DNA of 64,000 bases from Basidiobolus meristosporus CBS 931.73 (taxonomy: Eukaryota > Fungi > Basidiobolomycota). The translations under genes were made by a program, and so were the position numbers. Within the stretch, counting starts at the first letter, position 1; every line of letters begins with the position of its first letter. Shown here one piece after another: positions 36,790 through 48,480 of this stretch. The notes under the pieces were generated by a model, which worked only from the letters and a program-made list of their open reading frames with translations, had not been told where the DNA came from and searched no databases. The DNA is taken from NCBI GenBank assembly GCA_002104905.1, contig MCFE01000018.1, positions 62,001-126,000 on the forward strand, read 5' to 3'.

Positions 36790-39700
36790 TCTTTTAATGC
36801 TCTAATACTATTTTAAGTGGATCCAGTTGGCCAGGACTTCCAATTGCCTTATATGGCAAAAAACTTGATGTTATCTGACAGCCTCACAGCAAGACTCTGA
36901 TGGCACATGCACACCTGTGGCAATTGACATACTTCTATTGCCTCAACTTTATGGCTTTTTAGTGTGATACTTGCAAAGTTGCCATATACCTTGTACTGCT
37001 GGTAGCATATACATCTTGCAAACATATGCTTGGTTGTTGCCACTTCTGCCATGAATACCTCCTGGATATTGGCAAAGAACTTCTTGGTATTTAGCCAATA
37101 TATTCCTTCTCCCTGCTGGATTCTAGTCCCCCTTATAGGTGCGCTCTGGCTTTTGTTTGTGTGAATTCCGTATTGAGTGGCATAGAAGTTGGCTTGTGAC
37201 CACAAGAAATCCAGCATATCTTGGTGGAGTTTTCCTGTTAAAAATTAGTTGCTTGTTCCACCCAACCCAACTTTGCATTACTTAACTGATTACCCATGCA
37301 TTGGGGCCGCTTAGCTTCTTAATGCCATAGGCATAGGTGTCTCCACATGCACATTTGTCCTCAGTATATTCCAACTTTTTCTGGCTGTCCTCCATTTGCC
37401 AACTCATCACATCCATGACAGACTTGAAGGTAATATTCTTGATGAGATTGGGATATGGTAGTACCTGTGACTTGACTTGTCTTCCTATCTCCCCACATAT
37501 CTGCTCTATAGGAAACTCCCAAAAGGTGAAGCAAGGCCCAATATTCTCCACACACTGTGCAAGATGGAGTAGAGAATGGATACAGTAGTGGCAGAGATCT
37601 AAGCATTCAGCTTTATGTTTGTAGTATTGCCACTCAAATCCTATCATAAACTCCTCACACAACAGCTGTAGATGCGTCAAGTGGCCATTGGTGATCTGCT
37701 TCTGGATAAATATTCCTACAATGTCCACATATGACTCCCAATGCTTCCAATGTACTCTTGGTAGGAATGGCATCAGAACACCACTTGAATAAAAACATAT
37801 CCAGTTCATCCAGTCTTTGCATTTGTATTGACGCATATGTGTATGAATATTAATTGGAGCCCGTGAGAAGTACTTGGGGTAGCAGATACTCTGTAATATA
37901 TTGCCAATTTTTTCAAATTTCTCCGGTATCTCAAAGGGCTCATTTAGCTTGAAATGCCCCATGTACAACTTGGTCATCAGTATAGAGATATTGTTGAAAA
38001 GCAAATGCATTGCTCCCAGTGGAAAGCTTTTGCTCAAGCAGATACCCTCTATCTTAAGTATCTCCAGTTTCTAATTGATTCCATATTTTGGCCAATGGCT
38101 TATAGCTTGCCAACTTTGCTGCAATTGCATGCTTACTTCTGTACATTCTCTCTGTGGAAAGATGATGTACTTAGTGCTGGTATTTGGGTAATAATAATGT
38201 GTGAGTTATGGAGTAAATTCCATGGATCTCACACATTCAACAGCAATACTGTCCATTGTGCCCAGAAAAACCTGCTATCTTGCTGATGGTGGGGGTATCT
38301 CCAATGCAGATAATAATATTTGCTTTTATATGACACCCATTTATTGTTATCCCACTGAAAAGCATACAAAATTCATCCAGCAATTGATACAGGTAGCTAT
38401 CCAGGTTGGAAGGTGATTTAGGGCCAGATACCCAAGGGACTACCATCAGATTATTGCTCTGATACTGTAAGATGGGTGGCAGATTCAGATTGATGAGAAT
38501 CAGTGGCCAGCAGGATTTACTGGCAGAGTGCATGTTTAATGAGAATTGTTGTGTTGTATTATGATTAGTTTGGGGCTTGTTCTGCAATGTAGAAGCTAAT
38601 CAACAATATACAACAACTTCCAGTATGCTAGTACTGAACTAGTTTATTGGGAGTTTGATAAGCCAATAGAAGATATAACTTTCACTAATTTCCTCAATCT
38701 TAGGCTCAATGAATTCTATAGGCAGTGTTTATCACTTCTGCAGCAGTGCTGTGACCTTCAGTTGACTAATGGCTTTAGTTACTTTTATAGTAACTTTTCC
38801 TTATTTGGAAGTCACTTTCCTTTCCAAGAAAATATTTCCTAAAATGGAAATTCTGAACTCCCCTTTAACCTAAAGGGGTGTGTTGTAGATGTCTCTAAAG
38901 GGGTCTTTAGACCTAAAGGGGTGTCTAAAGGGGTGTCTTTAGAGCAAAGGGGCTTCTTGTAGTGGTCTCTAAAGTGGACTTTACACTAAAGGGGTGCCCA
39001 AAGGGGCTTCTTTAGAGTAAAGGGGCTTCTTAAAGAGGTCTCTAGAGGGATCTTTAGACTAAAGGGGCATCTTAGAGGGGACTTTTCCAACAGAAAAGTG
39101 GTAGTTTCTTGTAGAACTTAGATTGGATTCTTGTGAGCTTTGCAGTCTCTTTACTGATGTAGTACCAATCAAAGTCAGAATACTCAACAGTGCAAGTGAT
39201 GCAGGGGAAGTCTTATAACCTTTAAGCTTGTAATTGTAGTGTGGAGATTCTGGAAAGAGAGGCTATCCTTTATTTTTCAGCTGGGGAAGTCATATATATG
39301 AAAATTCTGAAGGATCAAAGTTTTTGGGCAATTGCACAAGCAATGCACGTGATACAAAGCTAAAATTTTGCAGTGGCGCAGATTAGACATAGGTGCAGCA
39401 CCTGTTAAAATTTCACATGATTTGATTGACTGGTTCAAAAGGCACATGCAATCAAGTCACCATAGTAATCCTAGCAATAAGGCATAGTATATATAATAAT
39501 TGGACTCTTTGGTCATAACCCCTTAAGTACTGCTTCAAATGAGCTGTAATTTGAAACATGTGTTGGCTACTACATGTTCTGCACAACATAATATTCTTGG
39601 GTGGATTGCTTGTCAGGGTCTGGAGCATTTGTTCTTCAAAGTTGGAAATTCTTGATCTTTCTCTTGTGTGTTACAATAGAAAAAAGCAAAATAAAGAAAT

Positions 39701-40727
39701 GAGTGCAATATTGGTTTAGAGATATTGTAGTAATGGAATACTTTCCATTACCACAGAATCCATCAAGTGCTAAAGCAAAGGCATGGTCATACATACCTTC
39801 AAAGTAGCCCTTGCTTCTTAGCTGTTTGTAATGTTTGCCATCAAATATATCAGGTATGTTTGCGCTTAATTGGTACTGAGTGCTGTACTGTATAGCTTTG
39901 CAATATTTGTCAGACTGCATCAGCTTCCTCAGACAGGGTATGACCAGAATATATCTGGAGTGTGAACAATGTTTTCCCTCAATTGTGGTGGATTCCTGAC
40001 AATTTGGACACATTGCAATGGTAGCATTTTTGGATGTGAATGCCATGCAACTGGTAACACATGCTGGAATCAGGACAGTCTCTGGATCATATGTTGCCAG
40101 CCGCATTACGGTTGTCCACTTGTACCATGAACATGGTAAGTTGCATCCCAGTATGATTTTGACAAGAAGTAGTAATGAGTCCTCAAAGCCCCCATTACTG
40201 ATATTAGTGGAAACGTGCCACTTCTCTAGCCACAATAGTACATCATTCACCAGAAGATGGATTACTGTTCTCACTTGGCTCCATAAAGTATCCTTGGCAT
40301 TTGTTTCAACAGGTGTTGTCTCATTGCATTTAGGGATTTGACCGGGCTCATATGTGGTACTGATGTCAGGGGAGATAGGCTCAAAATCCATCAGTGAACC
40401 TTCTTTGTCAGAGCTATCACTCTGCATGCCATATTCAGAAGGCTGAGGTGAGCCTAAAGGCATCACAAACTCACCTGACTCAGTTTGCGCAAGGTGACAA
40501 AGATGGCCAGGTGCCAATATAGAAGTATCAACTGGCCGGCAAGATAATGTTGGCACAGTAGTGACCAATGAATGGTCAAATATGACTTGGGTGGCAAAAC
40601 ACTGGCCATGATCCTTGTAATACTTCCTATGCTGTCTGTGTGCTTCATGGCTGAGAGGCCTGCCACAATAGCCACATGGTCTTTTTTCTCTTCTCTTATG
40701 GTGTTGAGTCAAAGTAGTCTTGTCCAT
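36790..40727 (-). pseudogene. Transposase_21/Tnp2-like CMC transposase, interrupted by a solo LTR
   Basis: FDGKHY...LALDGF rejoins SLNMHSASKSCWPLILINLNLPP...GPKSPSNLDSYL across the LTR. Further motifs IGDTPTISKIAGFSGHNG and HSLLHL...IGP...WEFPIE. Frameshifted. Confidence 0.88.
38547..39755. repeat. Solo LTR of family A (1209 bp), inverted relative to 34872-35966
   Basis: TGTTGTG...CCACA with 4-bp TSD GAAT. The extra length lies in a TAAAGGGG repeat array. Confidence 0.95.
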
Positions 40728-40949
40728 GGGGCAAACGGTTTGACCTTCAACAATGTAACGCTATTATATCACTTTTTGGTCAATACTCATGTGAACTTAA
40801 GACAGTCTTGTATTTGAGACATTGTACCTACATGAATGTAAGATTCAATGATGACCTGCCATAGTATGCATTATAAATAAAGTTGTGGCACCATGTACAC
40901 ATGTATATGCAACAATGTTTCCCCTTTGGTTTGACTCACTTCCATATAT

Positions 40950-43900
40950 ATGCTGCCAAAAAATAAAGCAAAGTTGCCTGGTTCTCAACCAAACCCCACC
41001 ACTGATAGCAACAGAAGAACAGTTGGACAACAGCTTGCTTTGACATTCAGTTCAACAAGTGGGGCTACATCCAAAAAAGGCCCTGTGGACAGTGTGCCCA
41101 CTGAAGGTAATAATGCAGACTCCTCAGGCTCTCAGTCCAGTAGGCAATTGAGAACCTCTGCAGAGCCACAAGCTGACTGTTATGCTCAGGCAGATGAGAA
41201 TGTAGCCAACGCAGAACCCTCACTTGAAGATCAGCAAGTGGCCATGATAACGTCACCACCACCCATATTAGCAAATATGTTGACAGCTCATACCAAAGCA
41301 TTAATGAAGCAATTAGGTGCAGTGGCTGATAGGATAGATGCAATGGCCCAGAGAAATCAGGAAGTAGTCCAGAAACAGGATGAGCAAATAATACGTGTAG
41401 AGCAATCTATATCCCAGGTAGAGAAAGCAGTATCTCTGCTTCAAAGAAGGAACTCAAGTAGCTCAATGTCACATCCAAGAATTGAGCCATTTCCCAATGT
41501 AACAGCAGAGGAACACTGTACAGTCTTTAGAGCACAACAACAATGTCCAAAGATAAAGCCCACAGAAAAACCTATCACAGCGTAGGAGGGAGACAATGTG
41601 GTTTTTATACCAAAGCCTAAAAATCAATAGACATTGAAGATTTGTGAAGCTGTTGAGTGCAATAATGAAGAGTGGGCTAATATACAAGATGCTGTCAGAA
41701 GTCTAGCATGCCATCACCTTAAGGCCAGCATACCATGGGACCATCAGGAGCTCAAGGCCAAGCAGAATGCATTTGACTTGTTCCATGAGCATCATCCTGG
41801 ATTCAAACAGGCAAACGGAATTTGGGCCGGCATTGGTATGCTAAGAAATTATCTTAAGAATAGCAGAAACTATCAAAGGCAGAAGAACAAGGATGCCATG
41901 GCTAAAAACCAGCTGCTTCCCCAAGAGCCCATTACAAGTAGGGCCAAAAGCTCCAGACAAGTGTCAAAGAGATGTCAGGCAGCCAGAAGAGTGCCAATTA
42001 AGGACAAGCAGGCAGACATGAATGCACCAGCACAACATTTATCAAGGAAAAAGTGTAGTACCACTCAAGAAGCACCCAGTCAAAGTAGCAGTGAAGGACC
42101 TGGCAGTGATAAAAACCAGCCACTTTTACAGGAGCCTGTCACAACTACGGTTGAGAGCTCAAAACAAGCTGAAAAGAGACATCAGGTTGCCAGAAGAGTG
42201 CTAGCAAGGGACAAGCAGGCCAAAACAGATGCGTCAGAGCAGAATTTATCTAGGAGAAAACGTTGTTTTTTACAAGAAGCACTCAGACAAAGTAGCAGTG
42301 AAAGACCTGGCAGTGATAAAGGAAATGGTGAAGGGAAAAATGTCTACCCAAGCCTGAGACAGGGAGGCATGCAAAAAAAACTGCAGCTCTTGCCAATTAA
42401 AGCCGCAAGCCAGGAACAGACTGAATCCCATCATAGCCAAGAAGAATTACCAACAAGAAAACAGCTGTTTTCACAAGAGTTGGAAGTGCAGCCAGTTGAG
42501 CTGCACTCCAGCAAGGTAGATGAGTATGCTGAAAAAGGCAATTTGTCTACCACAGCATCCACAGCCTACACAGCCCCCACAGCTTCCATTGTTGACAGAG
42601 TGGAGATCCCACTGACAGACAAGGCTACAGCGTCAAGAGCTCAAAAGACTATCACAATGCCTTCAGTGGAGTTTTGGAACCTGAATAGGCACATCAAGAG
42701 GTTGCAGCACTTCTTCAAGAGCAGTGCTCAAGAAAATTCACTGGATTATTGCAAGGATTTATTACAAAGACTGGCAGATGAGGAGCTAGACCTTACAGTG
42801 CCAGCTGAAGACCAGGATGTGTGGGAACCAGTGAATGAACAGTGGCATAAAGCCTTTGGGTTCCCGCTGTAGTGGGGTCACAGTGACACCCACTGACAGA
42901 TGTGCTCATTCCTATATTTTCTACTTCACTATTTCTCTACTACCCTTATTTTAGTTTTATCCCATTTGTCTAACTTGATCAGTACTATCCCATAAGCCGG
43001 CTGACTATCACAGCTGCTTACCTTATTGCATAAGTTATCCCTCACTTTATGTAAGATTACTAGCTATAAGTGCTTCTATATTAGGCAAGTACCCGCACCA
43101 GTACCCGCAACACACAATCAATCCGTGTCACCATTGCTACTATTTTCATACCATATATGATATCCCTATGTTACACAGGTTTCATAGTACTGATTCCTAA
43201 TTGGTTGGATGTGCTGTGCCTCTTGGAGCCTTCTGGCACATACTTAGAGCATTCTTAGCTCATTCTGATGTCATTAAGATTTCTATTGATATCTGGAACC
43301 TTCTGGAACACCATGATTAGTAATCACTTAGCCAGTGAGAAAAGTATATAAGGGAGGCTATCCCTCAAGCATAAATCATCATCCCTTTTATCAATATATC
43401 AACTTGTTGATTAGTGTGATCACTGCTACCTGCTGCTGCCTGAACTTCTAACCCCAGACCACAGGACACTCCCAGGAAACCACACTGACAGCCAACTGAC
43501 CTTGGAGGCACTACTTGTGAGGAATACTCAGAGTAGGTATCTTTTATTTTATTTGATTCTTTCCCAAATTTGTTCTTGTACAGGCAAAGATACTTTTCTG
43601 TCTTTGTAACTATTGACCACAGCTGCATTCTTATCAAGTCCCTGCTGGTGGAGTTTACAGTTGTTTTGACTTTGGAAGCTTTAGTACATTGTCATCTCAA
43701 AGGACGCTGAACCCAGCACATACTTTTGTTAAGATGCCAACTAAGTTGGGGATTGTAGCTCAATAGTTTTCCCTTGACAAGCTTGTGGCTTTATTCCCCA
43801 TCACATTATATTAGAGACAGAACTCAAGTATTCCTAGCAAACTTTTGCCAGAGGTTATTGCACCCAGTGAACACCCCACACACAAAACACTTGAGAAGTG

Positions 43901-44113
43901 TTGGACGTATTTCTCCCCTTGGACCTATACACCACCACACCGCCAAAGATGTGGAACCAGAGAGTTACAGCTGAAATACTTATTGAGTGGTGGATTTTAA
44001 TGGAGTTACTTGTTGAGTGTGGGGTTGGGCTTAATGTTAGTGTAGGGTATAGAGGCTTGTATAGGTCAATACAATTGGCAATTGAGGTACAACTGAAGCT
44101 TCAACGGAAATAA
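40950..44113 (+). pseudogene. Second (accessory) ORF of the CMC transposon, ~695 aa reconstructed
   Basis: 40950-41585 and 41634-42872 are in one frame, separated by two TAG codons. Removing the solo LTR restores F-P-P-K-M-W to the stop at 44113. Confidence 0.75.
42868..43939. repeat. Solo LTR of family B (1072 bp)
   Basis: TGTAGTGGGG...ACCACCACA with 4-bp TSD CCGC. Confidence 0.95.
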
Positions 44114-44581
44114 ATCAGTTTGTACGCATGAAAAGTAAGAAAAATGGTTGAGTCAGGAAGTAAGGAGTGTGAAAAGAGGCAATAGCCAATCAATTCACAC
44201 AAATGTAGGAGGCAATAGAGTGTCTGGGATCACAAAGTGTGCAAATTGGCAGGGAACCAATCAAACACCACTTATATATTGTTGTGATGAAAAATTTTGA
44301 CAAAGTTTTTTGTGAAATCTGGGGTGCAATTATTTTTCAACAGCCCCTGGACAGAGTCCTGACAAGATCAGTGCCTCTTAGTCAGGGGACATTAACTTTG
44401 TGATGGCCTTTTGATGGCATCATCTCAGTAATTTTTCATAGGGTAAAGGTAGTGTATGGCTTCCTTCACTGCTTCTGAGTTTTAGTTGGATAGTTCCTTC
44501 TCCCATTGCATCAAGTGTTCTATCATCACCCATGAAAACCTTCTTTGTTGGAATTTCTTGATATTGGGTAAAAGTTCTTTT

Positions 44582-47500
44582 TGTTATAATATTCTGAGGA
44601 GTATTGGAAGTGATATGGAGAACTAGAGGATTTACATGCTATTCACCTGTAGACTTATTGATCAAAAGTATGGTATTTATACTTTTGATAAAGTAGAGGA
44701 AACAAACATGTAGAGTTTGTTAAGGAAGGTCCCAAGAATATGTGTGCAAAGTTTGGGGTCTTTTGGACAACTTTGAGAAAAAGGATAATCTGGGTACCTG
44801 ACATTTTGGTGAAAATATTCTAAGTAAATCCCAACAAGAAATTTGGTCAGGACAGAATGCTAGTCAAAGAATAAGATCTATGTGATGGAATTTAGCATGA
44901 ATATTTTGGTGACAACTTAGTAATTACAACACTCCCACTCAACAAAATATTCATGAGTAATAAATACATATTGAGAGTGTGCAATCTGTAATAAGCGTAT
45001 AAGACTTAGCTGTATTGCATACTGGACTAATATATTATCCAACAGTATATGTACTTGTGTTCAACTTATTTCAACAAGAAAATACTTGTAATTCAGTGTG
45101 CATATCTACTTATAGTATGCCTAAAAATCAGAATGATCTGATCAAAATACTAACCATTAGTTTGATTAGTTGTACAAGATTGAATAATGCTCCAAGTCTG
45201 ATTTTTAGATTGTAATACTGATATATAACCTCTGGCTATCCAATGCTTTGTATTTGAGCAAAATTGACCCACTTTTGGTCAAGTTAAGGTTTTGTTATTT
45301 ACGGCAGATCTGGAGTTTCCTTATTTCCGGCCAAATGTCTAATTCACTTAGACAACTTCACTGCATGTACATATTTAGCTCAGGGACAGTTACTTCCATC
45401 ATACAGACTCTATATGAGGTAAAAGCAATGACCTATATTGGGCCAAATTAAGGTTTTGTCATTTATACCTGTTCCAGATTATCCTTATTTCCTGGCATAG
45501 CAGCACATACAAACATGGCCAAAAAAAAAGATTTTTGCTCAACCCTGAGCTGGGATGGCCTGCTCCCACTTCAACCATGTCTGCTTAGTGACTCAGATCC
45601 ACAAAAATGATCTAGAATGGTCATCTTTGTCTTCTTTAAGTAGCAATAACTTTCTTTGGGCTGATTACTTCATTTGTGGTAGATTCAAAGTCCATTTGCT
45701 TCTTGATTTACCCAGTTTGGTATTGGACAACACCATAGGTTGTTTGGTAGCTACTCTTAGAGTGCTTCTACTGATTTGGATTGATACAGCTGCTTTTGTC
45801 TTATTACAATATACTTGTAGAATAGAGATTGGTGCTTTTTCATAAGTGAGTTTCACCTCAACAAGGGTTTTTATTATCCTTATTCTCCTGATAGTTATTT
45901 TCAGCCTTGAGCTTGGTTTGAAATGCTAATTGATCTTCTCCATGTCTGCAGAATCCTTAAAACCATCTTGGCTGATCCTTGCACCTTTTTCTTTCAGCTC
46001 CATAAACAGCAGACCTCAAGACTTCTGCATTAAATAATCTGTTCTAATTTATACTACAATATCTGACAGATCCTTTGAAGTTTCAAGGCTCTTCTAGGGA
46101 TTCTGGCATAAGAACTTTGTACAAGAGGCTCCATAGAGCATATCTGCATTGCCAGATAGTCCAAATATGGCCTACATATGCTTTGGCTCTATTTGGGAAG
46201 CACCCTAATTTGCGGTAGTAGTGTTTTCCATTTTTTTTCTTCTCTTCTTTTTCTTCTGATGACCCAGGGATAATTCCTTTTGTGGGGTGGTTCTGGACTT
46301 CCTTGCAGGTGGGACCACGGTGTTTTTGAGCACTAGAGTCTCCACAATATCATTGTTCCAGAGCATCTGACTATTTGAGAGTGAAATAATCAAAATTGGT
46401 ATCCACTTAGAACAGTCATAACTTCTGATAGAGTTAACCAAACTTGATCAAATAAACTGCATTTGCAAGCTAGTTTCATCAGTGCTTTGGTGTTATACTC
46501 CAATATATCAGCTTTTTGAGTTACAGAGCTTGGCAGTGACTTGATCAATCACAAATCTTCTGATCTGATCCAGGGAATCCAATGGCACCAAGTGTTTTCT
46601 CCCACTGTAATAAGTGAAATATATATAACAAGTATAAAATACTATGTTATCTTCTGAGTGGCTTGCAGTTTGTATACTGGTCAACTGTTGTTTGGTTGTA
46701 TACTCCAATCAGGCTGGCAATCATTTGCTTCACTCTCTCTGGCTGGCGGTAGAATCTTCTTGAGTTGATTTGGCTAAATTTGTATAGAACTTTCTCCCAC
46801 TGTTTTGAGACTTAAACAGAGTGATAGCATGTCTAACAGCTCCATATTTGGCACCTGGTACATTAGTTTTAGCATCAAAATACTTGATACAAATATAGCA
46901 TTCTTCCATTGGATTGTGTTGTACATATTGGTACTCCAGGTGGATATATATGTATTGTATATCATCAGGATCCTTACAACTCAGGGAGCTTGTTTCTGAG
47001 ATTTTTTTCCATTAATAGGTAGTCCAAAATGGCGGTTAACAGCTCCATTATTTGCATTCTCAGCCTTATTTTGAGCAGCTACAGATTTGGTAAAATCTTT
47101 CTCCACAATCATTCAATGATGATCTTTTTTTGCAATTCAGGATAATATCCTATCCAAAAGCTTGTCTAACAGTCAATTGAGGTCATATGAATGTACATAG
47201 CAATATATTTCATTGTAGATCTGACCCTCAATTGCTGGAATTACGCAATTTCTTCAGTAGTGGTAGAGCACCAACATACTATATTTCTTGACATATTTGC
47301 ATGTCAACTTGATAGACTCTCCTTCATAGCCAGCTTGAGTAGTAACTGAATGAGTCTTTTAAGGCATGGCCTTCTTCTCCACAGCAATATCCTCATGAAC
47401 ATAGTCCTGGTAGCAGCGGTAGTCATCTTTAACTTTGGCAGGGAAATAGTGCGGAAAGTCTTTCTCCAGACTAGCAGAAAAGGATCCAAGGCAAAGTAGA

Positions 47501-47884
47501 CACCAAGAGGACAGCAAGCTTGGGGCTCATAACCTGTTGCAATATTCTGAGGAGTTTTGGAAGTGATGTGGAGAACTAGAGGATTTACATGCTATTCACC
47601 TGTAGACTTATTGATCAAAAGTATGGTGTTTATACTTTTGATAAAGTAGAGGAAACAAACATGTAGAGTTTGTTAAGGAAGGTCCCAAGAATATGTGTGC
47701 AAAGTTTGGGGTCTTTTGGACAACTTTGAGAAAAAGGATAATCTGGGTACCTGACATTTTAGTGAAAATATTCTAAGTAAATCCCAACAAGAAATTTGGT
47801 CAGGACAGAATGCTAGTCAAAGAATAAGATCTATGTGACAAAATTTAGCATGAATATTTTGGTGACAACTTAGTAATTACAACA
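44582..47884 (-). mobile_element. Non-autonomous Copia-type LTR element (3.3 kb) with no gag-pol and an unidentified cargo
   Basis: 350-bp LTRs 44582-44931 and 47535-47884 with about 9 differences. TSD CTTTT. PBS GGTTATGAGCCCC (47522-47534). PPT GTTGAGTGGGAG. No retroelement motifs found in the 2.6-kb interior. Confidence 0.93.
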
Positions 47885-48130
47885 CTTTTTGGTGCGTAAA
47901 GTAATGAGATGCTCCAGAGTCAATATACCACATCCAAGAATCCTTGTTTGTGGTCATATTTAGTGCAGATATGAATAGTCTATCTTCAATTGTTGCAGCA
48001 CTTCTATATTCAGGCTTTTTTGCTGTTTTGCTCTCTTTTTGAGACACTGGTCTGATATATGTCCTTTACTTTTACAGTAGTTGTAAAACAGGCTGCTGTT
48101 GCCTTTGTAGGGTCTTGGGCACCAACTTTG

Positions 48131-48480
48131 TGCTGTAAGAGTCTTGGAGATATTGGAAGTGATTGGGAGAACAAGTAGATTATGTGGTTTTCACTTAATG
48201 ATTTATTGAATGTAAAAGTAGTTTTTATACTTTTACATGGTCTTTGCATAGCAAACATGTAGAATAGGTTAAGGAATGTCCCAAGAACATGTGTGCAAAG
48301 TTTGGGGCTGTTTGCACAACTTTGAGAATTTTCATGTTCTGGGTACCTGGTATTTTGGTGAGAATATACTAAGTAAATCCCAACAAGGAATTTGGTCATT
48401 ATTCTCTAGGATTTGAAGGTAATGATCTTAGTGACCAAGGTAGGTGAATATTTAGGTGGAAATTACAATTTTTTACAACA
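48131..48480 (-). repeat. Family D solo LTR inside the family D gag
   Basis: 350 bp, aligns with 49145-49491. Flanks ctttg/ctttt (one mismatch). Confidence 0.85.

Larger units (their letters stand above)
36565..44443. mobile_element. Complete CMC/EnSpm (CACTA-like) DNA transposon, ~5.6 kb after removing two solo LTRs
   Basis: TIRs CCCTATGAAAAAT(A/T)A at both ends. 3-bp TSD TAA (36562-36564 and 44444-44446). The flanks rejoin as Copia pol. Two divergent ORFs. Confidence 0.88.

Noticed and set aside
38866-39085. CRISPR-like or telomeric array
   Set aside because: There are no constant repeats with unique spacers, and the units are degenerate and internal to an LTR.
34872-39755. A giant element with 1.1-kb terminal inverted repeats around the transposase
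   Set aside because: Each 'arm' has its own TG...CA ends and its own 4-bp TSD (ACTC, GAAT). They are two independent solo LTRs in opposite orientation.
23770-41630. Recurrent in-frame TAG stops suggesting a reassigned genetic code or readthrough
   Set aside because: The TAGs replace different residues (Tyr and probably Lys in the Copia; probably Gln in the CMC ORF2), and host genes end at normal TAG/TAA/TGA stops. This is ordinary decay.
44366-44373. GATCAGTG as a CACTG-type transposon terminus
   Set aside because: There is no matching left end. The true TIR pair with a TAA TSD is at 36565 and 44443.
47470-47530. ATG inside the PBS starting a signal-peptide-like MSPKLAVLLVSTLPWILFC
   Set aside because: The ATG is imposed by the tRNA anticodon complement, and the frame stops after 19 codons and differs from the long cargo frame.
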